A stretch of DNA of 64,000 nucleotides from Planctomycetota bacterium (GTDB lineage: Bacteria; Planctomycetota; UBA1135; UBA2386): contig OZ245006.1 of NCBI GenBank assembly GCA_965223545.1, positions 2,528,001 to 2,592,000 of the forward strand, read 5' to 3'. Below the pieces are notes generated by a model, which did not search any database, was not told the origin of the DNA, and worked only from the letters and a program-made list of their open reading frames with translations. The translations under genes and the position numbers were made by a program. Positions 21,226-30,318 of this stretch are shown in pieces. The first letter of the stretch is position 1, and the number at the start of each line of letters is the position of its first letter.

Positions 21226-22887
21226 ATGCATCACCGACTCCCCCAGCTGCTGGCTGCAGCTGGCGTTCTTTCCGCGTTCGCCCTGCCGGCCGCGGTGGCG
21301 CAGACCGCACCGCTGGTCACCCAGACCCGGCCGATCAGCCTGGCCTCGGCCGCGTTCGACAACCCGACCACGGCCAACGTCACGGTCTACACGAAGCTCG
21401 TCGTCGCACCGGGCGCACCGTGGGTGCGCTTGCATTTCGACACCGCCGTGGTGACCGGCAAGAGCTACATCGAGGTCGTCTCTCTCGACGACGGCGCGAT
21501 CCAGCGGCTCGACGCGGCGGCGTTGCAGAGCTGGGAGAATCACACCGCGTACTTCAACGGCGATACGGTGCTGGTCCGCCTCGTCACCGGTCCGGGGACG
21601 CGCGGCAACCGCATCGCCGCCGACGACGTGGAGTACGGCGTCACGGTACCGCCGCCGCCCTCGATCTGCGGCGTCGACAACCGCGTGCTGTCGACCGACA
21701 AGAGGGTCGCCCGCGTGATGCCGGTCGTTTGCACCGGGTGGCTGGCGAGCCCGACGAACATGATCGTCTCCGCCGGACACTGCTGCGGCACCTCGTTCCG
21801 CACCGCCCAGTTCAACGTGCCGCCGTCGACCGCCGGCGGCGCGATCCGGCATCCACCGCCGGAAGACCAGTACCCGGTCGACCGCGGCACGATCCAGAGG
21901 CGCAGTGGAGGGATCGGCAACGACTGGTGCGTCTCCTTGCTGCGCGTCAACTCCTCGACGGGGCAGCACGCCGGCGAGCGCCAGGGCCAGCACTTCACCG
22001 TCGGGTTCTACCGGCCCACCACCGGTCGATCGATCCGCGTGACCGGCCACGGCAGCGCCAGCGGCAACCGCAACAACGCGCAGACCACCCACGCAGGTCC
22101 ACTGCGGCGCAACGGCGGCACGACCCTGTGCTACTCGACCGACACGACCGGCGGCAACTCGGGCTCGCCGGTGATCGACGAGACCACCGGCCAGGCCGTC
22201 GGCGTGCACACGCACGCCGGCTGTGGCCCCAGCGGCGGCTGCAACAGCGGCACCAGCAGCCTGAACGCAGCGTTCCGCAACGCGCTGTTCGTCGCCGCAC
22301 CGGTCGTCAACCAGATCACTCCGTCGACGGTCACTTCGTTCCAGCCGGCGCAGATCACCCTGACCGGAACGGCCCTCGACCGCGTCGATTCGTTGACGGT
22401 CGGGGGCGTCAGCGTGCCGTTCTCGTCCTCGAGCTCCACGTCGCTGACGTTCGCACTCCCGAGCCCGTTCGAGATCAAAACGCACGCGGTCGTGGCGACC
22501 AACAACGGCGGCAGCAGCAGCCCGGTCAACCTGACGGTGACCGGCAACCACCCCAGCGTACTGGTCACGCCAGCACTGGTCGTGCGCGGCTTCGCCTCGC
22601 CCTACAGCGTGCACACCGATGCGGGTTGGTTCGCCACGCTGCTGGTGTCGGGGTCCAACGCGCCGAGTGCGTTGCCGGGCATCGTCAGCCTGCAGATCGG
22701 CGCCAACTTCAGCCAGCTCACCGAGGTCACCACGCTGGTGGCCGACAACGCCGGCGAGGCCACGGTGCAGCTGACGGTCCCCTTTGGGGCATCGCCGGGC
22801 ACGATCCACTTCCAGGCGATCACTTTCGCCCCGCCGGTAACGTTCCCGCTCGAGGTCTCCAACCCCTCGCCGACGCTGATCTTCTAG
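21226..22887 (+). CDS. Secreted trypsin-like (S1) serine protease with IPT/TIG domain and C-terminal domain
   Basis: SAGHC, GNDW, GGNSGSP catalytic motifs; PVVNQITPS...ITLTGT IPT-like segment; signal ending AVAQ. Confidence 0.9.
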   Translation: MHHRLPQLLAAAGVLSAFALPAAVAQTAPLVTQTRPISLASAAFDNPTTANVTVYTKLVVAPGAPWVRLHFDTAVVTGKSYIEVVSLDDGAIQRLDAAALQSWENHTAYFNGDTVLVRLVTGPGTRGNRIAADDVEYGVTVPPPPSICGVDNRVLSTDKRVARVMPVVCTGWLASPTNMIVSAGHCCGTSFRTAQFNVPPSTAGGAIRHPPPEDQYPVDRGTIQRRSGGIGNDWCVSLLRVNSSTGQHAGERQGQHFTVGFYRPTTGRSIRVTGHGSASGNRNNAQTTHAGPLRRNGGTTLCYSTDTTGGNSGSPVIDETTGQAVGVHTHAGCGPSGGCNSGTSSLNAAFRNALFVAAPVVNQITPSTVTSFQPAQITLTGTALDRVDSLTVGGVSVPFSSSSSTSLTFALPSPFEIKTHAVVATNNGGSSSPVNLTVTGNHPSVLVTPALVVRGFASPYSVHTDAGWFATLLVSGSNAPSALPGIVSLQIGANFSQLTEVTTLVADNAGEATVQLTVPFGASPGTIHFQAITFAPPVTFPLEVSNPSPTLIF

Positions 22888-22909
22888 CGTCGTTCGGGCC
22901 GGCACGGCG

Positions 22910-23312
22910 GCTGAGCCTCGGGGTCCGCAAATCTTCGCGCGGCGACAACCTTTCGGAAGGCTCGATGCCGCTGGAACTTCGACAACGCAGCTCCCGGAGG
23001 CTCGAAGACAACACTGGCGTCTGCCTCAGCGCGGCCGCCGGCGACGGCGGGACCCGCGACCGACGCTCGGGTCGCGGAATGCTCCGTGTTTGGTTGCGGC
23101 CCCGGCCGCGCTGAGCCTCGGGGTCCGCAAAATCTTCGCGCGGCGACAACCTTTCCGAAGGCTCGATGCCGCTGGAACTTCGACAACGCAGCTCCCGGAG
23201 GCTCGAAGACAACACTGGCGTCTGCGCTCAGCGCGGCCGCCGGCGACCGCGGGACCCGCGACCGACGCTCGGGTCGCGGAATGCTCCGTTGCGGCCCCGG
23301 CCGCGCTGAGCC
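22910..23312. repeat. Two tandem ~200-bp structured intergenic repeats
   Basis: Copy 1 22910-23109 (200 bp) and copy 2 23110-23304 (195 bp) are nearly identical; a third GCTGAGCC start at 23305. Confidence 0.95.
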
Positions 23313-23376
23313 ATGGCTATGCTCAGCCGCCCGGCGGAACGCTTCGCGCCGGGTCCCTCCCGAACCGCTGCCGCCC

Positions 23377-24711
23377 TTGCCTGCCCACATCCCACCCGGC
23401 GCCCACCGCGGCGCCACACTGTTCGCGTTGGCTTTCACCGCCGGTGCCGCCATCGCCCAGCACGGACACCCGCCGGCCACGGCCAACGTAGTCGTGATCC
23501 TCGCCGACGATCTGGGCTACGCCGACCTCGGCGCCTACGGCGGCACCGGCATCGCGACGCCGAACCTCGATCGGCTGGCGCGCGAGGGCATCCGCTTCAC
23601 CGACTTCTACGCCTCGGCGCCGGTGTGCACTCCGACGCGCAACGATCTGTTGACCGGCCGCCACGCGGTGCGCACCGGCATGTCCAACAACACGACCGGC
23701 GTGCTCCAGCCCCAGCACCAGGGCGGGCTGCCCGCCGGCGAGGTCACCTTGGCCGAGCTGCTGCGCGGAGAGGGGTACTCGACGGCCTGCATCGGCAAGT
23801 GGCACCTCGGCCACCAACCAGAACACCTACCGACCCAGCACGGCTTCGACTACTTCTACGGCGTCCCCTACAGCAACAACATGACGCCGCTGCCGTTGCT
23901 GCGCAACACGACGCTGCTCGGCGATGCCAACGCGGCCCAATCGACCCTGACGCAGCTGTTCACGCAGGAGGCGATCGCGTTCGTCGAGCGCGAGCGAAAC
24001 GGACCGTTCTTCCTGTACTTCGCGCCGACCGCCCCGCACGTTCCCCTGCACCCGTCGCCCGAGTTCGCCGGCCAAAGCGGCGCGGGCACGTACGGAGACG
24101 TCGTGCAGGAGCTCGACCACAGCGTCGGGCGCATCCTCGACGCGCTGGCGACCCGCGGGATCGAACGGCACACTGTCGTCGTCTTCACCAGCGACAACGG
24201 TCCCGATCGGATCAACGGCGGTGGGTCGGCAACGCCGTTTCGCGGGGCGAAGAGCACCGTCTACGAGGGCGGCGTGCGGGTGCCGTGCATCGTGCGCTGG
24301 ACCGATCGCATCGCCGGCGAGCAGGTGTCCGGCGCGCTTTGCAACACGCTCGACCTGTTCCCGACCGTGGCGGCGATCGCCGGCGCCCCGCTGCCCGACG
24401 TCGCGCTGGACGGCATCGACTTGGGCGCGGTCTGGCTGCAGGGAGCGGCCAGCGCGCGGGACTTCCACCCGTACTATCACGGCAAGTTCCTGATCGCGGG
24501 TCGAATCGGGGACTACAAGCTCCACCTGCGCACCCAGCTGACGTCGTGGGCACCGTCGACGCCACTGCCGGCACCCCTGCTGTTCGATCTCCGCGCCGAC
24601 CCCGGCGAGCAGATCGACATCGCCGCGACGCACCAGACCGTGGTTGCCGAGATCCTCGCTCGGGTGCGCAGCTACGAGGAGACCGTCGAGTTCGGCATCA
24701 CCCAGTTCTGA
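23377..24711 (+). CDS. Arylsulfatase (formylglycine-dependent sulfatase)
   Basis: NVVVILADDLG, CTPTR (CxPxR), GKWHLG, PHVP, FTSDNG; the ORF-track N-terminus is repeat-derived, so TTG 23377 is chosen as start. Confidence 0.93.
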   Translation: MPAHIPPGAHRGATLFALAFTAGAAIAQHGHPPATANVVVILADDLGYADLGAYGGTGIATPNLDRLAREGIRFTDFYASAPVCTPTRNDLLTGRHAVRTGMSNNTTGVLQPQHQGGLPAGEVTLAELLRGEGYSTACIGKWHLGHQPEHLPTQHGFDYFYGVPYSNNMTPLPLLRNTTLLGDANAAQSTLTQLFTQEAIAFVERERNGPFFLYFAPTAPHVPLHPSPEFAGQSGAGTYGDVVQELDHSVGRILDALATRGIERHTVVVFTSDNGPDRINGGGSATPFRGAKSTVYEGGVRVPCIVRWTDRIAGEQVSGALCNTLDLFPTVAAIAGAPLPDVALDGIDLGAVWLQGAASARDFHPYYHGKFLIAGRIGDYKLHLRTQLTSWAPSTPLPAPLLFDLRADPGEQIDIAATHQTVVAEILARVRSYEETVEFGITQF

Positions 24712-26242
24712 GCGCGCGGCGGGCGCACGCCGAAACAACGACCGTCACAAGCACGGAGGCGATCTCTGCGAGCGCAGTGCAGGACATCGGGTTGACCCCT
24801 TCCGCGTGGAGCCAGCCCAACACTTCCCTGCCCGCGCCAGGCGCCAGCCAGGCGGGCTGGAGGAGCTGCGCGTGCAGCACGACGAAGACGGTCAAGCCGG
24901 TCACCAAGCCGGCGACCGCGCCGGCTTTGGTGACGCCGCGCCAGACCGCGCCGAGCACGAGCGGACCCGCCAACGCCGCCATCAGACCGCCAAGGCCGAT
25001 CCAGATCAGCAGGGCGATGTTGCGCGAGCGCAACGCGACCGCCAACGCCGCGCAGACCGCGACGACGGCGATCGAGGCCCACCGGCCGACGCGCAGTACG
25101 CGCCGGTCGAGTTCGGCCGGATCGACGCCCGCGGCACGGCGCCCAAGCCAGCTGCGCCGGTAGATGTCGTTGGCGATGACCTGCGACGCCGCCACGACCA
25201 AGCCGTCGGCGGTCGACATCACCGCCGCCAGCACGCCGACGCCAATCAACGCCGCCAGCCAAGGCGGCAGAGTCGCCAAGAACAGGCGGGGCAGGGCGTC
25301 GTTGGCGCCATCCTCTCGCAGCAGGGCATCGCCGAGCAGACCGCGCGCCACCAGGCCGCCCAACAGCAAGAGCCCGAGGATCAGCCCAAAGGCACCGACC
25401 AACGCGACGAACGCCCGGCGCTGGCGCGGCGCGCGCAGTGCCCAGACCTTGTTGCCGAGATGTGGCAACAGCCCCATCGGCAGGTGCGCCAAGAAGATCG
25501 CGACCACCGACCACCACGAGTGGTACAACGGCGTCGTGGGGTTGAGCCAGCCGACGAGCTGCGCGTCCTGCTGCCGCAGGGCGGCGACCACGCCCTGCCA
25601 ACCGCCGTCGACGGCGCGCTCGGGGCCGCCGCCGGCCAAGAACATGCCAACCACCAGTGCGGCCAGCAGCAGCATCATCACTCCCTGCACCGCGTCGCTG
25701 AGGATGTCGGCGTGCGCCCCACCCATGACCACGTAGAACGCGAGCACGATGCAGGTGATCGCCAGAGCCCACCCCCAACTCAGCCCGAGGAGGGTGTGGA
25801 ACAGCACCAGCGCCGCCACCAGCTGGCCGGCGATGTAGAACGTCAACAGCAGCGAGAACAGCGCGACCACCAGGCGGATCGCATCCGATCCGTACCGGTC
25901 GCCGAGCAGCTCGGGGATCGAACGGCTACCGAAGCGCGCACCGGACGCCGCGATCCCGCGCGCCGACACCAACACTCCGGTGAACACCGCCAACGGGTAG
26001 AGCAAGCTCGACCACAGCGACGCCGTGCCGTAGCGATAGGCCAACCCCGGACCGCCGAGAAAGGTCGCGCCGCTGGCGGTGGTCGCCGCGAACGCCAAGG
26101 CGAGCACCACCGGCCCGTAGCTGCCGCGCGCGGTGGCGAAGTCGTCGGCGGCGCGCACCCGCCGGGCCGCGACCACGCCGAGCACCAACATCGCCAGCAC
26201 ATAGACCGCCGTGAACGCCCAGGCCCACGCCGCCGTGCTCAT
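24698..26242 (-). CDS. Sodium:solute symporter (PanF/PutP family)
   Basis: ATTASGATFLGGPGLAY, SIPELLGDRYGS, LAAVMSTADG; many TM helices. Confidence 0.92.
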   Translation of the reverse strand: MSTAAWAWAFTAVYVLAMLVLGVVAARRVRAADDFATARGSYGPVVLALAFAATTASGATFLGGPGLAYRYGTASLWSSLLYPLAVFTGVLVSARGIAASGARFGSRSIPELLGDRYGSDAIRLVVALFSLLLTFYIAGQLVAALVLFHTLLGLSWGWALAITCIVLAFYVVMGGAHADILSDAVQGVMMLLLAALVVGMFLAGGGPERAVDGGWQGVVAALRQQDAQLVGWLNPTTPLYHSWWSVVAIFLAHLPMGLLPHLGNKVWALRAPRQRRAFVALVGAFGLILGLLLLGGLVARGLLGDALLREDGANDALPRLFLATLPPWLAALIGVGVLAAVMSTADGLVVAASQVIANDIYRRSWLGRRAAGVDPAELDRRVLRVGRWASIAVVAVCAALAVALRSRNIALLIWIGLGGLMAALAGPLVLGAVWRGVTKAGAVAGLVTGLTVFVVLHAQLLQPAWLAPGAGREVLGWLHAEGVNPMSCTALAEIASVLVTVVVSACARRALRTG

Positions 26243-26784
26243 CGCGCGGCGAGCCGCTGCATCACCTGCTGCAGCAGCTCTTCGGGCTCGAGCATGCGGC
26301 CGATGGCGTCGTAGCCCTCGGCCAAGTGGCCGACCACCGGCCCGAGCACCTCGTAGCCCAACTCCACCAGCGTCGCGACATTGCGTTGCACGGCGGGGTC
26401 CTGCCACATGGCGTCGTTCATCGCCGGGCACACCAGCCGCGGGCACCGACACGCGACCGCCGCCAGGGTCACCGCGTCGTCACACGTGCCCGCCGCCAAG
26501 CGCGCGATGAGATCGGCGGTCGCCGGCGCCACCAAGAGCAGATCCGCGGCGCGGGTGTGCTCGATGTGCGGCACCCGGCCGTCGGCATCCACCTGCGTCG
26601 CCGACCGCGCCACCGCGCGTCCGGTCAGGCCGGCAAACGTCGCCGCGCCGACGAAGCGCTCGGCGTCGCGCGACATCGCCACTCGCACGTCGACGCCGCC
26701 CTGCACGAGCTGGCTGGCCAAGGCCGCCACCTTGAAGGCGGCGATGCCGCCACCGACGCCGAGCAGGACGGTGCCCTGGCTCAT
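26239..26784 (-). CDS. coaC: Phosphopantothenoylcysteine decarboxylase (stand-alone flavoprotein, no CoaB domain)
   Basis: LLGVGGGIAAFK, HIE, APATADLIARLAAG, PAMNDAMW; follows gmk. Confidence 0.85.
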   Translation of the reverse strand: MSQGTVLLGVGGGIAAFKVAALASQLVQGGVDVRVAMSRDAERFVGAATFAGLTGRAVARSATQVDADGRVPHIEHTRAADLLLVAPATADLIARLAAGTCDDAVTLAAVACRCPRLVCPAMNDAMWQDPAVQRNVATLVELGYEVLGPVVGHLAEGYDAIGRMLEPEELLQQVMQRLAAR

Positions 26785-27344
26785 GACCCGAAGCCGAGCA
26801 GCGCCTTGACCTCGGCGATCGCTTCTTCCAGGTCGCGGTTGACCACGACGTGGTCGTACAGGGACTGCGCCTCCAACTCCGCGGCGGCGATTCGAACGCG
26901 GCGCTCGATGTCTTCGGCGCTGTTCTGGCCGCGCGCCGCCAGCCGATCGCGCAAGTGCTGCAGGCTGGGCGGCACGATGAACACGAACAAAGCCTCGACG
27001 CCGGCATCGCGCAGCTGCTGTGTGCCCTGCACTTCGATCTCGAGCACGAAGTGCTTGCCACCGCGCAACGCCTGGTCCACCGGCGCACGCAGCGTTCCGT
27101 AGAAGCGCTCGTTGTACTCGGCCCACTCGAGGAACTCGCCGCGATCGCGCCGCGCGACGAACTCCTCGATCGCCATGAAGTGGTAGTCGACGCCGTCGAC
27201 CTCGCCCGGTCGCGGCGACCGCGTCGTGGCCGAGACCGAGAACTCGATCCGCGGGTCTTCTTTCAGCACCCGCACGATCGAGGTCTTGCCCGCCCCCGAG
27301 GGGCCCGACAACACGATCAGCTTGCCCGGCTCGTGCATGCTCAC
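26781..27344 (-). CDS. gmk: Guanylate kinase
   Basis: SGPSGAGKT, SVSATTRSPRPGEVDGVDYHF, YGT, LEIEVQG. Confidence 0.98.
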   Translation of the reverse strand: MSMHEPGKLIVLSGPSGAGKTSIVRVLKEDPRIEFSVSATTRSPRPGEVDGVDYHFMAIEEFVARRDRGEFLEWAEYNERFYGTLRAPVDQALRGGKHFVLEIEVQGTQQLRDAGVEALFVFIVPPSLQHLRDRLAARGQNSAEDIERRVRIAAAELEAQSLYDHVVVNRDLEEAIAEVKALLGFGS

Positions 27345-28276
27345 TCCAGATTCGCCGCCTGTTCGCGCACTCGCTCGACCGCGGCCTTCATGTCGACCAC
27401 GAGCTGGCCGATCCCGGCGTCCGGCACCTTCGAGCCTGTGGTGTTGATCTCGCGCTGCAGCTCTTGTGCGACGAACTCCAGGCGGCGTCCCAGGGCACCG
27501 CCGCCGTCTAGCAGCGCCCGCGCGGCCACCAGATGCTCGCCCACCCGCTGCAGCTCCTCACCGACGTCGGCGCGGTCGGCGTACAGCGCCACCTCGCGCA
27601 GCACGTCGGCGTCGCGCATCGCCGGCGCCCGGCCGTCGAGGAACTCATCGACCCGGCGCCGGAGCTCGGCCCGGTAGCGGTCGATCACCGCCGGCAACCG
27701 CGCTTCGATCGCCTGCCGCGAACGCTCCAACGCATCCAGCTGCGCGCCGACTGCCGCGGCGGTGGCGGCGCCGTCGCGCAGCCGGTCGGCGACCAGTGCC
27801 GCCACTGCGCGGTCCACCACCTCCGCCAGCTGCGGCGGCAGATCGCGGCTGACACGCCCGACGGGCGCGGGCCCCAACAGCGACTGCACCGCCACGAGAT
27901 GCGACAGCGCCAGATCGTCGACCAATCCCAGCGCGCCGCCGACGCGCCGCAGCTCTTCGATGGCCGCGCGCGCGCGCGCCTCGTCGACGACCGTCTCGGC
28001 CGCCGGGCCGCCGCACTCGATCGACACCGTGACCGTGCCGCGCTGCACTGCACGGCGCACGGCCGCGTCGAGAGCCGCGTCGAAGCCGGCGCAAGACGGT
28101 GGCGTCCGCGCCTTGACCGTGAGGCCGCGGCCGTTGACCGAACGCAGCTCGATCACCACGTCGCCGATCTCGGTGTCGCCGCGCGCGACCCCGACCCCGG
28201 TCATGCTCGCCGCGCTGCCCGCTCCTGGCCCGCGCGCGGGCCGACCGGATTCGGGCTGCGGGGCGCTCGCGGCCAA
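27341..28276 (-). CDS. yicC: YicC/YloC family endoribonuclease
   Basis: SMTG, ELRSVNGRGL, DVGEELQR, GRRLEFVAQELQREINTTGSK, REQAANLE; start uncertain. Confidence 0.93.
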   Translation of the reverse strand: MAASAPQPESGRPARGPGAGSAASMTGVGVARGDTEIGDVVIELRSVNGRGLTVKARTPPSCAGFDAALDAAVRRAVQRGTVTVSIECGGPAAETVVDEARARAAIEELRRVGGALGLVDDLALSHLVAVQSLLGPAPVGRVSRDLPPQLAEVVDRAVAALVADRLRDGAATAAAVGAQLDALERSRQAIEARLPAVIDRYRAELRRRVDEFLDGRAPAMRDADVLREVALYADRADVGEELQRVGEHLVAARALLDGGGALGRRLEFVAQELQREINTTGSKVPDAGIGQLVVDMKAAVERVREQAANLE

Positions 28277-28277
28277 C

Positions 28278-28511
28278 TCAGCCCGCGGTCCAGAGCACGT
28301 GAAGCAAGATCGCCGACACCATGAACACGCCCGCCAACGTGAACGTGAACTTGTTGATGCCGCCGCTCTTGACGCCGAACGTCTCCGCGCCCATGCCGCC
28401 GAACGCCTCGGCCAAGCCGCCGCCCTTGGCCTCCTGCAGCAAGATCACGATCGACAGCAGGATTGCCGCCGCGAAGAACACGATCCACAGGAGAATCAGA
28501 ATGGCTGACAT
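28278..28511 (-). CDS. secG: Preprotein translocase subunit SecG
   Basis: ILLQEAKGGGLAEAFGG; two TM helices; follows tpiA. Confidence 0.93.
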   Translation of the reverse strand: MSAILILLWIVFFAAAILLSIVILLQEAKGGGLAEAFGGMGAETFGVKSGGINKFTFTLAGVFMVSAILLHVLWTAG

Positions 28512-28533
28512 GGCTTTGGTCGTCGCTCGACGA

Positions 28534-29298
28534 TCAGTGGTCGTACTCGATGATGGGGATGAAGGAGTCCGGCTTCAAGCTGGCACCGCCGACAAGCACT
28601 CCGTCGACGTCCTCCAGCGCCATCAGCCCCGCCACGTTGGCCGGGTTGACGCTGCCACCATACAGAATGCGGATCACCTCGGCGGCGCCGCCACCGAGCT
28701 TGGAACCGAGCCACTTGCGGATGGTCGCGTGCACGTCGGCGACCTGCTCGGGGCTGGCGACCTCGCCGGTCCCGATCGCCCACACCGGCTCGTATGCCAC
28801 AGTGACGCGGTGCAGGATCTCGCCGTCGAGCCCGGCCAAGCCCGCCTCGAGCTGGCGGCGCACGACGCGATCGGTCCGGTTGCCGCGCCTCTCGTCGATG
28901 GTCTCGCCGACGCAGAGGATCGGCAGCAGGTCGTGCCGCAGGGCGGCGCGCATCTTGTCGCCCATCCAGTCGTCGGGCTCACGGAACAGCTGCCGCCGCT
29001 CGCTGTGGCCGACCAGCACTCGATCGGCGCCGACCTCGCGCAGCATCGGCCCGGACAGCTCACCAGTGAACGCGCCCGCGTCCTCCCAGTACATGTTCTG
29101 CCCGCCGACGCCGAGCGGAGAGCCCTGGGCCACCGCCGACACGTCGGCGAGGTAGACCGCCGGAGTGAAGACGGCCACCTCGCGGTCATTGCCGTCGCCG
29201 AGGCGGCCTTTGATGGTCTTGATCAGATCGAGGGCCCTGGAGCGGTCCAGGTTCATCTTCCAGTTGCCCGCGATGTAGGGTTTGCGCACCCGCGTCAT
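28534..29298 (-). CDS. tpiA: Triose-phosphate isomerase
   Basis: AGNWKMN, GAFTGE, GHSERR, AYEPVWAIGTG, YGGSV, LVGGASL. Confidence 0.99.
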   Translation of the reverse strand: MTRVRKPYIAGNWKMNLDRSRALDLIKTIKGRLGDGNDREVAVFTPAVYLADVSAVAQGSPLGVGGQNMYWEDAGAFTGELSGPMLREVGADRVLVGHSERRQLFREPDDWMGDKMRAALRHDLLPILCVGETIDERRGNRTDRVVRRQLEAGLAGLDGEILHRVTVAYEPVWAIGTGEVASPEQVADVHATIRKWLGSKLGGGAAEVIRILYGGSVNPANVAGLMALEDVDGVLVGGASLKPDSFIPIIEYDH

Positions 29299-30179
29299 GT
29301 GGCCCTCGCCTCTTGCGTTTCGTTCTGGCAGGCCTGCGATGCGGTTGGCCGACTGGCCGTTGCCACCGGCCGATTCCAACGACGGCCCGCCATCGGCAAC
29401 CATCGGTCGAGGTCGGCCATCAGCTGACGGAAATCGTCCGGCGTCAGAGCCTGGTCGGCGTCGCTGAGCGCCTTTGCCGGCTGCGGATGCACCTCGACCA
29501 AGAGGCCGTCGGCGCCGACCGCCAAAGCCGCCCGGGCCATGCTGGGCACCAGCGCGCGCCGGCCGGTGCCGTGGCTGGGGTCGACCAGAATCGGCAGCGG
29601 CGAGCGCTCGCGCAGCCGCGGCACGGCGGCTAGATCGAGCGTGTAGCGCACGCCGGGGTCGAATCCGCGAATCCCCCGCTCGCAGAGGATCACCTGGTCG
29701 TTGCCCTCGGCGAGCACGTAGTCCGCGGCCCCCAGCAGCTCGTCCAGCGTCGCGGCCGCGGCGCGCTTGAGCAACACCGGCAGCCCGGCGCGGCCGGCCT
29801 CGCGGAGCAGGGGGAAGTTCTGCATGTTTCGCGAGCCGATCTGCAGCACCGCGGCGTGCCTGGCGACGAGCTCGACGTCGCGCGGGTCGAGCACCTCGGT
29901 CACCACTGGCAAGCCACTGGCCGCGCCGGCCTCGCCGAGCAGGCCGAGGCCCTTGGCGCCGAGGCCCTGAAAGGAGCGCGGCGACGTCCGCGGCTTGTAG
30001 GCCCCGCCGCGTAGCATGGCGGCACCGGCACCGGCAACGGCGCACGCGGCGTGCAGCACCTGCTCTCGGCTCTCGACCGCACAAGGCCCGGCGATCACGG
30101 TGAACGTGTCCGGCCCGATCGACAGGCGGTCGGTCACCGACACCGAAGTTCGGGCGGGGCTCGCGGAGGGGTCGGGCAA
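29295..30179 (-). CDS. aroF: 3-deoxy-7-phosphoheptulonate (DAHP) synthase, type I-beta, without a regulatory domain
   Basis: IAGPCAVES, RGGAYKPRTSP, QIGSRNMQNF, LCERGIR, VDPSHGTG, EVHP, SDADQAL; start TTG 30179 or GTG 30143. Confidence 0.93.
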   Translation of the reverse strand: MPDPSASPARTSVSVTDRLSIGPDTFTVIAGPCAVESREQVLHAACAVAGAGAAMLRGGAYKPRTSPRSFQGLGAKGLGLLGEAGAASGLPVVTEVLDPRDVELVARHAAVLQIGSRNMQNFPLLREAGRAGLPVLLKRAAAATLDELLGAADYVLAEGNDQVILCERGIRGFDPGVRYTLDLAAVPRLRERSPLPILVDPSHGTGRRALVPSMARAALAVGADGLLVEVHPQPAKALSDADQALTPDDFRQLMADLDRWLPMAGRRWNRPVATASRPTASQACQNETQEARAT

Positions 30180-30204
30180 CGTGGTGTGCGAAAAAGGGCA
30201 GCGG

Positions 30205-30233
30205 ACGATAGGACGCCGGCGAGGGAGGGTCAA
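30205..30233 (-). promoter_or_regulatory. Sigma70-type promoter of the aroF-tpiA-secG-yicC-gmk-coaC-SSS cluster
   Basis: Minus strand TTGACC (30233-30228), 17-nt spacer, TATCGT (30210-30205). Confidence 0.7.
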
Positions 30234-30318
30234 TTTCTTCCGCCGCCAGGCCCCGACCACCGGCCGAAACCCCGCCCTCACCGGCGAGGCACTGCCGGGT
30301 AGAGTCCTTGGCCGCGCC

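Noticed and set aside
22910..23312. Repeat considered as a CRISPR array or as a sulfatase N-terminal extension
   Set aside because: Units are ~200 bp with no unique spacers and no cas genes nearby; indels between copies break the reading frame
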